A DNA stretch of 64,000 bases from an uncultured delta proteobacterium (GTDB lineage Bacteria > Desulfobacterota > Binatia > UBA9968), in NCBI GenBank assembly GCA_963847445.1, contig CAWJZV010000014.1, positions 232,173 to 296,172 on the forward strand, given 5' to 3'. The translations under genes were made by a program, and so were the position numbers. Shown piece by piece: positions 10,468 through 25,123 of the stretch; the first letter of the stretch is position 1; the number at the start of each line of letters is the position of its first letter. The notes beneath the pieces were generated by a model. The model made no database searches, was not told where the DNA came from, and saw nothing but the letters and a program-made list of their open reading frames with translations.

Positions 10468-10483
10468 AGCAACCGACATGCCA
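10468..10483 (-). promoter_or_regulatory. sigma54 promoter of the fliL-fliO...fliA operon
   Basis: TGGCAT-GTCGG-TTGCT, near-consensus TGGCAC-N5-TTGC, about 30 nt upstream of the fliL ATG. Confidence 0.75.
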
Positions 10484-10563
10484 TGGGCTAGGGCCTGAAA
10501 ATGGTTGGAATTTTTGTTTTACGTCGAGGGCGAACCGGCGGCCGGCGTCAACAACACCGATGC

Positions 10564-10585
10564 CCGCGTCAGAGTTTTGACGCGG
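10564..10585. promoter_or_regulatory. Palindromic upstream activator site (FleQ/FlrA-like GTCA-N6-TGAC)
   Basis: CCGCGTCA-gagttt-TGACGCGG, about 80 nt upstream of the sigma54 box. Confidence 0.5.
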
Positions 10586-10635
10586 CCGATAATCGGCATG
10601 CGGGATGAAGGCTGGCGCGAATGCACCGCGGAGCG

Positions 10636-12052
10636 TTACAGCAGATACTTTTCCACCGCCTGTACGCGTTCGAGCAAACGCGCCAGCTGAAAAGGCTTAG
10701 GCAGATATTCGTTGGCGCCGAGATCGAGCACTTTTCTGCGGTCGTGGTCCGATGCGCCGGTGGAAACCACGATGAGGTAAGGCAGCATTTCTTGACGGCT
10801 CTTATGAATCTGCCGCAGCACCTCAAAACCATCGACCCGCGGCAGCATCAAGTCGAGCAGCACCATGTGAATCTCTTCCCTCGCCAAGATCTCCAAGGCG
10901 ACGCCGCCGTTGCTGGCCGTGCGCACCTGATAACCGCAGCGCATGAGAAATAGACTGACCATTTCGCACAGTGTGCCATGGTCTTCGACCACCAGCAGGA
11001 CGAGCTTTTCGGCCGGGCGTGCGCGCTTCGAAGCGGCGCGCCGCTTCAGCCGACATGGGAAACGGGATCACTCGGCCATGGCCGGCTAAGCTGGGGTTAG
11101 ACATGGGCGCCGGCACCGGCGGAGTTGGCAGAGAGATCTCGCGGCGGTAGAACTCCGGCTTGGCGCGATCGAAACGGCGAAAACCGAAAGCGTCGCGCAG
11201 GTTTTCGATATCCGCTTTAACAATTTGCTGGGTCTCGCTCCACTGCGCTTTACTGAGCCCAAGCGACGACCAGGCATCGGTGCACTCTGGCAAGCCTTCA
11301 TCATTCAGGCCGAGGGGCGCTGTTTCGCTTAACGATTCCGCGGCCTGGACGATGGCGATCAGCCTCGGCATGCCAGCACCGCCAGTCGCGTTGAGCGCCG
11401 TCATCGGCTCATGGTGCCGGCGCACCAGTTCGGCCAGGGGCGCGGCGATTTCGCACTTGCCGCACCAAGCGTCACCCAGGGCGGCGTGGTCGATACCGAT
11501 GGCGCTCGTCTCGGCTTGAACGATAGGCAGCTGCTGGCGCGCGAGCGCTACCGCGGCGGCGAACTCTACGTTGGAATAGCGCCACAGCAACACCCGGCCG
11601 ATATCGTGAATCAGTCCAGCGGTGAAGGCTTGCAGGGGCGAAACATTGGCGAGCGTGGTGGCGAGCTTGGCCGCGATCATGGCGCTCGCCAAAGCATGCT
11701 CCCATAGGTCGCGGAGCGTCGTCGGGTCAGGATCGACTTCGCGGTGGGACGGCCCAAGCGGTTTTGCTTCATAGGCGAGCAGCCCGAGGATCAACGGCTT
11801 GAGATAATCCAAGCCTATAGTGCCGCTGGCTTGTGAGACCGCAGCTAGCCGGGGCGAGGCACCCTTGGCGAGATTGGTCAGGAGCGCCAGCCGGGTCGAA
11901 AAAACCGGGCTCGCTTTTATCAAGGCTTCCAAGCTGCGCAGGGGGGCGCGCTCGTTTTCGATCGTCTCGACCAGCCGTGACACCAGCGGCGTGACCGAGC
12001 GGCGCAAGACCTCCTCGCGGATCTGATCGGCAAATCTAGGTGCTCTATCCAT
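10636..12052 (-). CDS. HDOD domain + C-terminal receiver domain protein (frameshift near 11015)
   Basis: LWEHALASA, AGLIHDIGR, GIDHAALG, RRHHE (HDOD), then LVVEDH...LLDLMLPRVDG...KPF (REC) in the adjacent frame. Confidence 0.8.
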
Positions 12053-12061
12053 CCGTAATTT

Positions 12062-12123
12062 GCATCGGCCCTAAGCGCGAAAATCTTTAGTTTTGTTAAA
12101 GAATCGGCGAACTTTGACGATTG
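12062..12123. promoter_or_regulatory. Back-to-back sigma28 promoters (motA on +, HDOD-REC on -)
   Basis: + strand TAAA-N15-GACGATTG; - strand TAAA-N16-GCCGATGC. Confidence 0.6.
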
Positions 12124-12187
12124 ATTCAACATAGCGGAATCGGGGCTAACGGCCTCGACCCATGTCTGAAAGAGGGGTTACGAACCT

Positions 12188-13045
12188 TTGTTTGCCATCA
12201 TTGGATATGCAATCGTCTTCGGTTCGGTGCTCGGTGGCTTTGTCATCGAGGGTGGCGCCGTCGGCATCCTCGTGCAACCGGTTGAATTTCTGATTATCTG
12301 CGGCGCCGCCCTGGGCGCTTTGATCATCGGCACGCCGATCAAAACCATCAAGGCGATGATCGCCAGCATCATGAACGCCATCATGAAGAACGGTTATAGC
12401 AAAGCCGACTATATGGAACTGTTCGCCATGATGTTCGAAATGTTCTCGGTGATGCGTAAAAGCGGTGAAATGGCGATGGAAAAGGACGTTGACGATCCCG
12501 CCAACAGCGAGATTTTTAAGAAATATCCAAAATTCATGGCCAACCACGCGGCTAAAGGCATGCTCCTCGATTCCTTGCGCCTGGTCATCAGCGGTTCGGC
12601 CAACGCCGAGGAGCTTGATAATTTAATGGATGAGGAGATCGCCACTCACGAAGAAGAAGGTAAGCGGCCTATCGAAGTTTTGACCAAAACCGCCGACGCG
12701 ATGCCCGGCCTCGGCATTGTCGCCGCCGTCTTAGGCGTCGTCATCGCCATGGGCGTCATGGACCAAGGCCCGGAAGTGCTCGGGCACAAGATCGCCGTCG
12801 CCCTAGTCGGCACCTTCATCGGTATCTTGGTGTCCTACGCCATGCTTCAGCCGCTCTGTCAAAAAATGGAACTCTTGCTCGTCGAAGAAGAGAAGTATCT
12901 CCAGTGCATCAAGTCCGGCGTTCTCGCCTATCTGCATGGCGCGGCGCCGATCATCGCCGTCGAACATGCCCGGCGCGGGGTTTTCAGCACCGAGCGCCCC
13001 GGCGCCCAAGAGCTCGAAGACGCCTGCCGCGGCAAGAAAGAGTAA
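12188..13045 (+). CDS. motA: Flagellar stator MotA
   Basis: QPVEFLIICGAALGA, ADAMPGLGIVAAVLGVV, ALVGTFIGILVSYA. Confidence 0.96.
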   Translation: MFAIIGYAIVFGSVLGGFVIEGGAVGILVQPVEFLIICGAALGALIIGTPIKTIKAMIASIMNAIMKNGYSKADYMELFAMMFEMFSVMRKSGEMAMEKDVDDPANSEIFKKYPKFMANHAAKGMLLDSLRLVISGSANAEELDNLMDEEIATHEEEGKRPIEVLTKTADAMPGLGIVAAVLGVVIAMGVMDQGPEVLGHKIAVALVGTFIGILVSYAMLQPLCQKMELLLVEEEKYLQCIKSGVLAYLHGAAPIIAVEHARRGVFSTERPGAQELEDACRGKKE

Positions 13046-13051
13046 TCTCAC

Positions 13052-13987
13052 ATGGCGTCAGCCAAGGGCGGCAAAGCCGAAACGGCGAAGCATGGCAAAG
13101 ACGACAAGCCGAGAGTCATCACAAAAAAATGCCGGCTGACCCACGGTGGCGGCCATCACGGTGGCGCCTGGAAAGTCGCCTACGCCGATTTTGTCACCGC
13201 CATGATGGCGCTGTTTCTCGTGCTCTGGCTCCTAGGCGCGTCCAACAGCAAAGAAAAAGCCGTCATCGCCCACTACTTCCGCGAGCCTGGCGTATTCAGC
13301 GGTTCACGCGGCATCATTCCCCACGGAGGCCAAGACAAACTCGGCGAAGGCATCATTCAAGCGCCCACCATGGAAGTGCTTCATGCCAATATCAAAGAAG
13401 GTTTGGTACAGTTGAAGCAGAGCCTCAACGTCACCGATCAAGTGCCGATCACGATCACCGCCGATGGCTTGTTGATTGAAATGATCGACAAAGAGAAACA
13501 GGCATTCTTCGAAGTCAATAGCGCCGACGTCAAACCGATCATGCGCAAGATTTTGAGCTTGATCGCCAAAGAGATCAAAGATACGCCTAATTTGTTGATC
13601 GTCGCCGGCCACACCGACTCGCGCGGCTTTCACAACGATTCGTTTTATTCCAATTGGGAGCTGTCCTCGGCGCGGGCGCTCAACACCCGGCGCGATCTCG
13701 AAGAACTCGGTATCGCCTCGCAGCGTTTCGAGCAAGTCGTCGGCTACGCCGATCGTAAGTTGCGCCGGCCCAACGATCCACTCGCCGCCGAGAACCGCCG
13801 CATCAGTATTCTAATTAAAAACGTTGACAAGAATAGCGCGAGCATCAGCGCGGAAAAATCCACTACCAAAGCGGCTGACAAGGCGCGTGCCGAGAAGTCT
13901 GAGGCGAAAACCACCGAGAAAACCCATGCTGAGAAGTCCACAGTGAAACCAGCTGAAAAAGCCCATGACGCGAAGGCCGCGCACTGA
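13052..13987 (+). CDS. motB: Flagellar stator MotB
   Basis: HGGAWKVAYADFVTAMMALFLVLWL, GHTD, NWELSSARA, NRRI (OmpA-like); Lys/Ala/Glu-rich tail. Confidence 0.96.
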   Translation: MASAKGGKAETAKHGKDDKPRVITKKCRLTHGGGHHGGAWKVAYADFVTAMMALFLVLWLLGASNSKEKAVIAHYFREPGVFSGSRGIIPHGGQDKLGEGIIQAPTMEVLHANIKEGLVQLKQSLNVTDQVPITITADGLLIEMIDKEKQAFFEVNSADVKPIMRKILSLIAKEIKDTPNLLIVAGHTDSRGFHNDSFYSNWELSSARALNTRRDLEELGIASQRFEQVVGYADRKLRRPNDPLAAENRRISILIKNVDKNSASISAEKSTTKAADKARAEKSEAKTTEKTHAEKSTVKPAEKAHDAKAAH

Positions 13988-14030
13988 GAGCGCGGAGGTC
14001 GACCGTAGCAGCGAAATAAGCAGATCGGTT

Positions 14031-14104
14031 ATCACGACGAAGGACACGAAGAGCAGCAAGTTCGGAATCTTATTGATCCGAAACCTTCGTGTCCTATGTC
14101 GTGA
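14031..14104. repeat. 9-bp-periodic imperfect inverted repeat element
   Basis: cacgacgaaggacacgaagagc...ccgaaaccttcgtgtcctatgtcgtg between convergent motB and fliN. Confidence 0.5.
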
Positions 14105-14279
14105 AAAATCTATTTCAGTTTACGTAGAAGCTAATTCAGCCGGCACATTTCGCCGGTCTTGAGCTTATAGACCGCTCTGATCACCGTGAGTTTGCGGTCG
14201 ACAACTTCTTTTTGCAGAAGGGTGCTCCCGGCGTCGGTTTACTTGCATCCGATCACACTGGGATTACGTTGAATTGAAA

Positions 14280-14588
14280 TTATCCGAGATTCTCGATGCG
14301 CCGCTCCGGGCTGACCACGTCGAGGATGCGCACGGCGAACTTATCTTTGATCACCACGGCTTCACCATGGGCCATTAATTTATTGTTCACGAGGATGTCG
14401 AGAGGCTCGCCGATCATTTGGCTCAATTCCACCACCGAACCCTGATTGAGCTTGAGCAGATTTTCGATCGTCATGCGGGTGCGCCCGAGTTCGACTGTGA
14501 CCTTGAGCGGCACGTCCATTAGCATCGCTAGATCGAACTGATCGTTGGCCGGCCGACCGCTATTTTTATCGTTGCTCACTTCGTCCAT
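14280..14588 (-). CDS. fliN: Flagellar motor switch FliN
   Basis: LMDVPLKVTVELGRTRMTI...GSVVEL...GEPLDILVN...GEAVV. Confidence 0.95.
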   Translation of the reverse strand: MDEVSNDKNSGRPANDQFDLAMLMDVPLKVTVELGRTRMTIENLLKLNQGSVVELSQMIGEPLDILVNNKLMAHGEAVVIKDKFAVRILDVVSPERRIENLG

Positions 14589-14623
14589 GGGGAAATCCTT
14601 CTCCGTCTTTCTACGTGTCGAGG

Positions 14624-15634
14624 CTACTCGCACGCGCGCGCGTTGACGAACACCTTGTTACCGTTTCGTTGCGCCCCTTTGCCGATAAATTTACGCTTGC
14701 CTTCGACCCACAGCTCTACGTCATCGAGTCCAACGACATTTAATTGAATGACATCGCCGGCGCGCAAGCTCATGATCTCGCCCAGGCTCATATTGACCAC
14801 ATCGACCACCGCTCGGACATCGACCTCGACGCCGAGCAAGGGCTGGCGTGCGCGTTTGAACAATCCTAGATTATCCGGATTATTGTCCACTTGTACGCTC
14901 ACTTTCAGCTGGTTGCGCAGCTCTTCGATGGCCGCCAGCGGCAGTGCGAATATGATCGAGCCGCTGATCGGCGACATATTGACCGTATAGGTAGCCAAGA
15001 TCATCGGGTCGGCCGTGCTGGCGACGTTTAAGAGATAGGGATTTAGTTCGGCCCGGACATAACGGGTCTTGAGGGCAATGACCGATTGCCACGACTCCTC
15101 CATGCCCTTGAGCATATGCCCGACGAATTTGCCGAGAAAGGAGTTTTCAATGGTGGTAAAATCGCGCCCCTCGACTTTCATCGCCTTGCTGCCGGTACCG
15201 CCGAAAAACAATTCGATCATGGCGAAGGCGATGCGCGCCTCCATGACCATCATGCCCATGCCGCGCAACGGCTCGAGGCGCACGACGTGGATGCTCCCCG
15301 GCAACGGCAAGCTTTGGATTAGCGTGCCGTAGGCGACCACTTCCATGCCGTCATAAGTGACGTCCACCGATTTGCCCAACTGCGAAGCGAACAGGCTCTG
15401 CAGCCGGCGCGAAAAATCGTCGAGAATGACCTCGAGACCGGGCAGGCGCCCACGACTGGAAATATCTCTGCGGGAGAAATCATAGGGTTTAAACTCGCTG
15501 GTCCGCGCCGGTGGAGCGGCGCTCACCGGCTCCGTTGGCCAATCCGCCGCGGCGGTGTCAGACGTGGCTACCTGCTGGGTAGCGATACCACCGAGCAACG
15601 CGTCGATTTCGTCTTGGGACAAAACTTGGGCCAT
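14624..15634 (-). CDS. fliM: Flagellar motor switch FliM
   Basis: VLSQDEIDALL CheY-binding peptide, YDF, RDFTTIE. Confidence 0.95.
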   Translation of the reverse strand: MAQVLSQDEIDALLGGIATQQVATSDTAAADWPTEPVSAAPPARTSEFKPYDFSRRDISSRGRLPGLEVILDDFSRRLQSLFASQLGKSVDVTYDGMEVVAYGTLIQSLPLPGSIHVVRLEPLRGMGMMVMEARIAFAMIELFFGGTGSKAMKVEGRDFTTIENSFLGKFVGHMLKGMEESWQSVIALKTRYVRAELNPYLLNVASTADPMILATYTVNMSPISGSIIFALPLAAIEELRNQLKVSVQVDNNPDNLGLFKRARQPLLGVEVDVRAVVDVVNMSLGEIMSLRAGDVIQLNVVGLDDVELWVEGKRKFIGKGAQRNGNKVFVNARACE

Positions 15635-15749
15635 AGGTACCAACGACTCCACTCTTGATTACGCCGGCGCCAACGTTTTGACGCTTAGTTGTCAACTCTC
15701 CAGCGGAAAAAGCTCGTTTATTCCGAAATGTCGGCTACCTTGATTCATG

Positions 15750-15766
15750 AGCAAGTGAGGTGCCAG
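15750..15766 (-). promoter_or_regulatory. sigma54 promoter of fliMN
   Basis: CTGGCAC-CTCAC-TTGCT, consensus match. Confidence 0.75.
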
Positions 15767-15826
15767 GGCGCCGCAGCTTACTTGCCGTACCGCACCCGAT
15801 CACGGCTCGATGCCGGCGGTTCTCAG

Positions 15827-19348
<3,522 letters not shown>

Positions 19349-19381
19349 GGCAACCTCATTTCAATTTGACCGTCACCGGAT

Positions 19382-20440
19382 TTACGCTTCTTCGATTACC
19401 TTTGCGCCAGTGGAGTTGCCCGAAAACTTTCGTCGGAGCAATGTTTTCATGTTGCCGTCTCTTTGTTGCCCGGTCTCGGTCACCGGAGTTGGTTTTTCAC
19501 CTATAACGACAGCCTGAGAGTCTGGCGCCGCCAGGTAGACTCGGTTGCCGCCCGCCGCTTTGGCGCGATCGAGCGCCCGCTGGGCGGCTTCGATGATGGG
19601 CTTGGCGACTTGATTCGGCTCAGGAAGACCGGCGCTGACGCCAAAACTCGCGCTGATGGGAATCGGCCCACAGCCGGCATCGATCGGCGTGTCACAAAGC
19701 GATTTACGGATACGCTCGGCGCGCATGACCGTTTCGTACATATTGCAAGCGGGAACCACGATCATAAATCGCCCAGCCGCGAAACGGCCGACGCTATCGT
19801 CGGGGCCTATGGACTCAGTCAAGCGCGCGGCCGCTCGTTGCAAGACTATGTCGCCTTCGGCTTCACCCCGGGTGTCGTTAAGCATTTTTAAATCGTCGAT
19901 CTCGAGCAGCATGACGCCAAGAGACTGTTGTTGCCGCCGGGCCTGTGCCAGCGCGTCGTCTAAGCAAGTGCGAATCGCTCGACGGTTCGCCAAACTCGTC
20001 AACGGGTCACGCTGCGCCGCGGCGCGGAGCTCCGTGTGCGCCACTAACAGGTCTCGCTGCAACGCCAAAATCCGCTCCGCGTTGCGCAGTCGAGCGCTCA
20101 ATTCCGCCGGTTTGAAGGGCTTGGTCATATAGTCGTCGGCGCCGGCATTGAGGCCAGCCGCCAGGTCGCTGGCCGCGTCCAAGCCTGTCAGCATGATGAT
20201 ATAGACATAAGGCCCGTTGTTGCGCTCGGTGTGTTCGCGCAGTTTTTGACAGATTTCGACTCCCGTTATGCCGGGCATCATCCAATCGAGAATCGCGATC
20301 TCCGGGGCTTGCGGCCTTTGCAGCACCGACCAGGCATGGTCGCCGTCGGCCGCGACCTCGACCTCGTAACCGGCCCGGCTCAATCCCGATAACAACAGGT
20401 GGCGCATTGTCGAGGCATCGTCGGCAATGAGTATTTTCAT
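19382..20440 (-). CDS. Response regulator with degenerate GGDEF domain
   Basis: MKILIADD...LDWMMPG...KPF, then DPLTSLANRR and GRFAAGRF in place of GRYGGEEF. Confidence 0.88.
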   Translation of the reverse strand: MKILIADDASTMRHLLLSGLSRAGYEVEVAADGDHAWSVLQRPQAPEIAILDWMMPGITGVEICQKLREHTERNNGPYVYIIMLTGLDAASDLAAGLNAGADDYMTKPFKPAELSARLRNAERILALQRDLLVAHTELRAAAQRDPLTSLANRRAIRTCLDDALAQARRQQQSLGVMLLEIDDLKMLNDTRGEAEGDIVLQRAAARLTESIGPDDSVGRFAAGRFMIVVPACNMYETVMRAERIRKSLCDTPIDAGCGPIPISASFGVSAGLPEPNQVAKPIIEAAQRALDRAKAAGGNRVYLAAPDSQAVVIGEKPTPVTETGQQRDGNMKTLLRRKFSGNSTGAKVIEEA

Positions 20441-20775
20441 TTTGCTATTCCTTACTGCGCTTGCTAGCCGGCAGACTAGCTCCCGCCAAATCTGTCCGGA
20501 GTCTCGTCGAAGTAGCGCAAAGAACGCCAAGTTCGGAACCGTTGTCATTTCGACCAGATGGAGAAATCTCTCTTAGATCCCTCGCATCACTAGGGATGAG
20601 GGGCCTTGGCCCGTCGCCTTTGCGGCCGTTGCGACTTTGCATGAGATAATTCGAGAGTGGCCGGTGCGCGAAGCGAAACCCACGGAAAACTTCGTGGTCC
20701 GAAACCTCGTGGTGAGCCTGGTCGAACCGTGTCGTCGTGGCATGTCCTTCGAATCCGCATCTGCTTGTGCGCCCG

Positions 20776-21174
20776 CTATTTTTCCTGGCTGAGGAATTGG
20801 CCCGGCATGCTGAGAAATTTTTCCAGACTGGCTTTGACCGCGGCAAATTGCCGTTCGAAGCAATTGACCTCGCCGGCCAGCGCCGCCAAATCGCCGTCGC
20901 GGCCAGCCGCTTCGAACCGTTTCGCCAGATCGGCAAACGCCAGCGCGCCCATATTGGCGCTGCTCGATTTAAGCGTGTGGGCCTCCAGCATCAGGCTATC
21001 GGCGTCACCGCGCGCCAAAGCTTGGCGCAACCGCGCCATCCGCGCGGCCGCATCGCTGAGAAAATCGCCGGCTAACTCGACGACAAAATCCTCGCCATAC
21101 TCAGCGGCCCATTCCCTGGCCTTGTCACGAATCGCATTTTCAATCCCCAGCTGTTCCATCGCCGAACCCTCCAT
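20776..21174 (-). CDS. Hpt phosphotransfer protein
   Basis: EAHTLKSSSANMGA motif. Confidence 0.9.
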   Translation of the reverse strand: MEGSAMEQLGIENAIRDKAREWAAEYGEDFVVELAGDFLSDAAARMARLRQALARGDADSLMLEAHTLKSSSANMGALAFADLAKRFEAAGRDGDLAALAGEVNCFERQFAAVKASLEKFLSMPGQFLSQEK

Positions 21175-21328
21175 TGATGAAAATTGGCAATCCTAAATCC
21201 GCAACAAACCGGGGCCAAATAAGACCAAACCCGGGCAATTCCAAAACGGGAAATCCAAATCATGCGTTTTTGGACCCTCGTGTTTTTTGATCATTTAAAT
21301 TTGCGCCGGAATCCAGTCGCCTTACTTT

Positions 21329-23237
21329 TCACTCTTCACTTCCGAATTTGTCACCCGGCAGCGATTCCCATGCGCCATCGGCCAATGGCAAAACCACGGA
21401 AAAACTAGTTCCCACACCCGGCGTGCTGGCAACTTCTACTTTGCCGCCATGGGCGCCAACCAACTCGCTGACGATATACAGCCCCAAGCCGACGCCTTCC
21501 TGGCGATCGGCAAGCTCGATGCGATTAAATTTTTGGAATAGGGTCGGCAGCCTCTCCTGAGCGATTCCCGGTCCGCTATCGCACACCTTGACCATCGCGG
21601 CGCCATCGCGGCGCATGACGCTCAGGCTGATGGCGCCGTTGTCAGGAGTAAACTTGAATGCATTGTTGAGCAGATTGGCGATCACCCGGTCCAATGCCAG
21701 GGTGTCGCCATCGACGAATATGCCAGTGGGTTGCGCGTGTAACTGGAACCGAATGCCGCGCATTTGCGCTGCGCCCTCGAAGCGCTCGACGATGCGCCGA
21801 AGCAGCTCAACCAGTTCGAAGCGCCGCTTGGAAAGATCGAGGTGGCCTGCTTCGATACGGGCGAAATCCAAATAGTTGCTGACCAGCGACTCGATGACCT
21901 GCGCGGCGTTAAAAATACGTTCGTGACACTTGCGGGCCATGGCCGCATCCACCGGCGCGCCCTGCTCGCGCAGCAAGAATTCGGCGTAGCCGCAAATCAA
22001 GCCCACCGGATTGCGGATATCGTGCGCCAGCATGGCGGTAAATTCGGCGCGCTGCCGTTCGAGCTGGCGCTCCGCCGTGAGATCGCGGTAGGTCGCCATG
22101 ACCAGCGCCGGCACGCCATCCTTGCCGCGTACAAACCGGCAGTGACTTTCGACCGGCACGACGGGACCATCCGAGCACGCCAACTCCAAGGTGCAGACCC
22201 ATGAGTCCTGGTTGCCGGTTCGGGCATCCTCTTGGGCCTTTTTGGCATCGCAATACGACGTGGTGGTCATCAACCTGCTGTAGGGCTTGCCCGCCAAAAC
22301 GTCACGGGTCGCCGCCATGAGGGCTTCCAGCGCGCCATTGACGCTGACGATGACGCCGTCGAGCGTGTAGGTGGCGATGCCATTGCCGGCGTTTTCGAAC
22401 AGGCCACGATAGCGCTCCTCGCTGTCGCGCAGCCGCTGGGTGCGGATTTGCAAGAGCTCTTCGATGCGCAACAGCGCCCGTTGGCGCACCGCGCTTTCGC
22501 ATAGCTGCAAGAGCTCTTGGCGCACCGCAGATTTTTGCATCTGGTTGTCCGCGCCCTTGCGTAGCAGATCCATGGCCAGGTCGGCGGAGTTCGCCGAGGT
22601 CATCACTATGACCACCGTCGCCGTGCCCGGCTGCTTGATCGTTTCGATCAGCCCTGGCGCCATGACCTCGGCGCAATCGCCATCGAGCAAGACGATTTGA
22701 GCTCGGCTCTTGATTGAACCGGGATAACGCCTGGGCGCCGTCCACCACCAGTGACACGCGATAACCCGCGGCTGTGAAAAGCGCCGTCAGCTCTTGCGCC
22801 AAACCGGCGTCGGGTTCGGCCAGCAGCACGGTCTTCGCGGAAACCGGTTTGGTGTCGACCAGTAAACCGCGCACCGCGCGGCATAACGTCGCCGGCTCGT
22901 AGGGCGCGGCGAGAAAGCCGTCGGCGCCTAATTGGACGGTTAATTCCTCGGCGTCGGCCCCGGAAAAAATCGCCGACACGACGAGAATAGGGATGCGATT
23001 GAACTGGGCAAAGGCGGCCGAGCGCAGGAGCCGGCAGAAACGCCAGCCATCGATGCCCGGCATATACAGATCGGTGACGATGACATTGATAGCGCTAGGC
23101 TCGGCCAACAGGCGCAACGCCTCCTCGGCGCTCGGGCAAGAGAGCACGTTAAAACCGTCACGACGCAGGATCGTCGCGGAGATGCGTAACTGGAGCGGGT
23201 CGTCGTTGACGATCAGTACCGTCGGTTGGCTTGCCAT
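21329..23237 (-). CDS. REC-REC-PAS-histidine kinase (frameshift near 22700)
   Basis: VTDLYMPGIDG REC, second REC across the frameshift, PAS, LAHDIRNP, NLLNNAFKFT, GVGLGL. Confidence 0.85.
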
Positions 23238-23342
23238 AAACTCCTGGTTGTCTCCCCCGCCGACTATCTTTGCGCAGCACGCCGTTTACGTCCGCCGGCT
23301 TGCCCTTGCTAGACCGCTGCGCGGTAAACTTCATCTGAAATT

Positions 23343-23369
23343 AAATCGGCCCACTCCTGTAAGTCTTAA
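23343..23369 (-). promoter_or_regulatory. Putative sigma28 promoter of the signalling operon
   Basis: TTAA-N15-GCCGATTT about 105 nt upstream of ATG 23237. Confidence 0.45.
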
Positions 23370-23909
23370 GTAACGTCGCAGCAGTATGCGAGAAAAGGAA
23401 GAATTTCCGGTGAGTATGCGGCGCTGCTCCGTGCCAGGCAAGAATAAACCGCGCTCACGGAGTTGCTCGGAACTTAGTGGCAATCGGAGAAATTATTACC
23501 CTTCTGCTTTAAGCGAGGAGGGGTGGCAAAGCCGCCTCGAAAAGTTCCGACAACTTTTTACGCAATGAAAAAATCCACCTGACCACGAAGTCGAAAATGG
23601 CCAGCTGCGGCAGCGACCGCACCGTTGCTAGATTGGCATTGCTAAAAATGAGATCACCGGCAGAGCGGCGGGAGTAACCGCCACCATAATCGGCAGCCAG
23701 TAAAAAACAATTGCCCACGATCGTAGGTCCCGGCGACGGCGCCGTTGTTTCGTTCCCGGCGGCTGGCAAAGTTATCTACGCAGCACGGCCGTCCTAGCTA
23801 TCGAGACGATCAACGCACCGTCTCGCCGGGCACCTTGAAGTTATTGAAGGACTTGGGGTAGTTCGCAAAGTTGTTGACTTCGGAAGCCCACTTGCCGGAA
23901 ACTGTTTAG

Positions 23910-24611
23910 ATGGCAAGCAAATTACTAATGACAGCTCTGGCCGCTTTTCTCGTTTCTTTAGCCTTTGACGATACTCACGCAGGTTCGATCTTCGGTGAGG
24001 TCAGGTTCGCGGACACCCCGCCCAAACTTCCTCTGGTCAAAGTAAGCAAAGATCAAGATTACTGCGGCGAGACACTGCCTAACGAGACGTATTTGATCGA
24101 ACCTAACGGCGGCCTTAAGAATGTCGTCGTCTTTATCGAGTCCGCCCCAGTGGGAAAAGCTGCCGATCCAGTGAAAGAAAATATCCTTTACAACGATGGC
24201 TGCCGCTACCTCCCCCACGTCATGGCGTTTCAACTGGGCGAGAAGTTCAAGATCAAGAGCAACGATCCCAAGCTTCACATCCCCCACGGTTATCTCGGTG
24301 AGCGGACCGTCTTTAACCTATCCCTCCCTTTCAAGAACACCACCATCGAAGCGACTTCACGAATAAGGCAACCGGGAATGATGAAAGTCGTCTGTGACAC
24401 CCACGCATGGATGTTGGGGTGGGTTCATGTCTTCGATCACCCATACTTTGCCGTGACCAATCACCAGGGAGTATTTTCAATTCCTGATCTACCCGGAGGG
24501 AAGTATGTCCTAAAAGCTTTGCATGAAGGCGGCGGGACAAAGAGTCAGGAGATTACCGTCCCCGACAGTGGAGAGATGCGAATAGTGTTGGAGTTTGGAA
24601 GAAAATCATAA
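23910..24611 (+). CDS. Secreted cupredoxin-like / carboxypeptidase-regulatory-like domain protein
   Basis: Signal peptide; NDPKLH and CDTHAWM putative Cu ligands; HPYFAVT...G.FSIPDLPGGKY. Confidence 0.7.
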   Translation: MASKLLMTALAAFLVSLAFDDTHAGSIFGEVRFADTPPKLPLVKVSKDQDYCGETLPNETYLIEPNGGLKNVVVFIESAPVGKAADPVKENILYNDGCRYLPHVMAFQLGEKFKIKSNDPKLHIPHGYLGERTVFNLSLPFKNTTIEATSRIRQPGMMKVVCDTHAWMLGWVHVFDHPYFAVTNHQGVFSIPDLPGGKYVLKALHEGGGTKSQEITVPDSGEMRIVLEFGRKS

Positions 24612-25123
24612 GCAGTCCTGCTTCCAACATCCTAAGCCCGTCCCTCGATCTGTTGAAGCCTACGGCTAACCGTCGCTTACTCAATGGACTCTCAAATGCG
24701 CGGCGATCTCGGCAATATGGGCTTCGAAGGGCGTCGATTAGATGCGAATCCGGCGCGGTTGATCACTCAGGTGCTTTAAGCCCGAACTTCAACTGCTCTT
24801 AGAAAAACTCAAGCCGCAACTCCCAGCCGAACCATCACCCAAATCACCTCAGCTGGGGCTCTTTAGTCCAGACCTTGGTACCCACATGTTGATTTTTCAA
24901 CTCCTCAACTGCTTTCACCCACGCGAATCCGCGAAGTCGGGCTAGTATTCCGAGTCTCCTGAAGCAGTCTTAGCGACACAAACGGTCGAGCCACTTCCAG
25001 GACTGGGATCGGTCGAGCAACGCACCCGAAGAGTTCAAGGTGAATACCGCACACGCATGGAAGCATCCGGGCGAATCGTGAAAATGCGCCTGTCCGGACG
25101 CAAAGTAGAGACCCATCCCGCCG

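Noticed and set aside
23240-23900. c-di-GMP riboswitch or ncRNA in the long spacer
   Set aside because: No recognisable GEMM motif by eye; would need a covariance-model search
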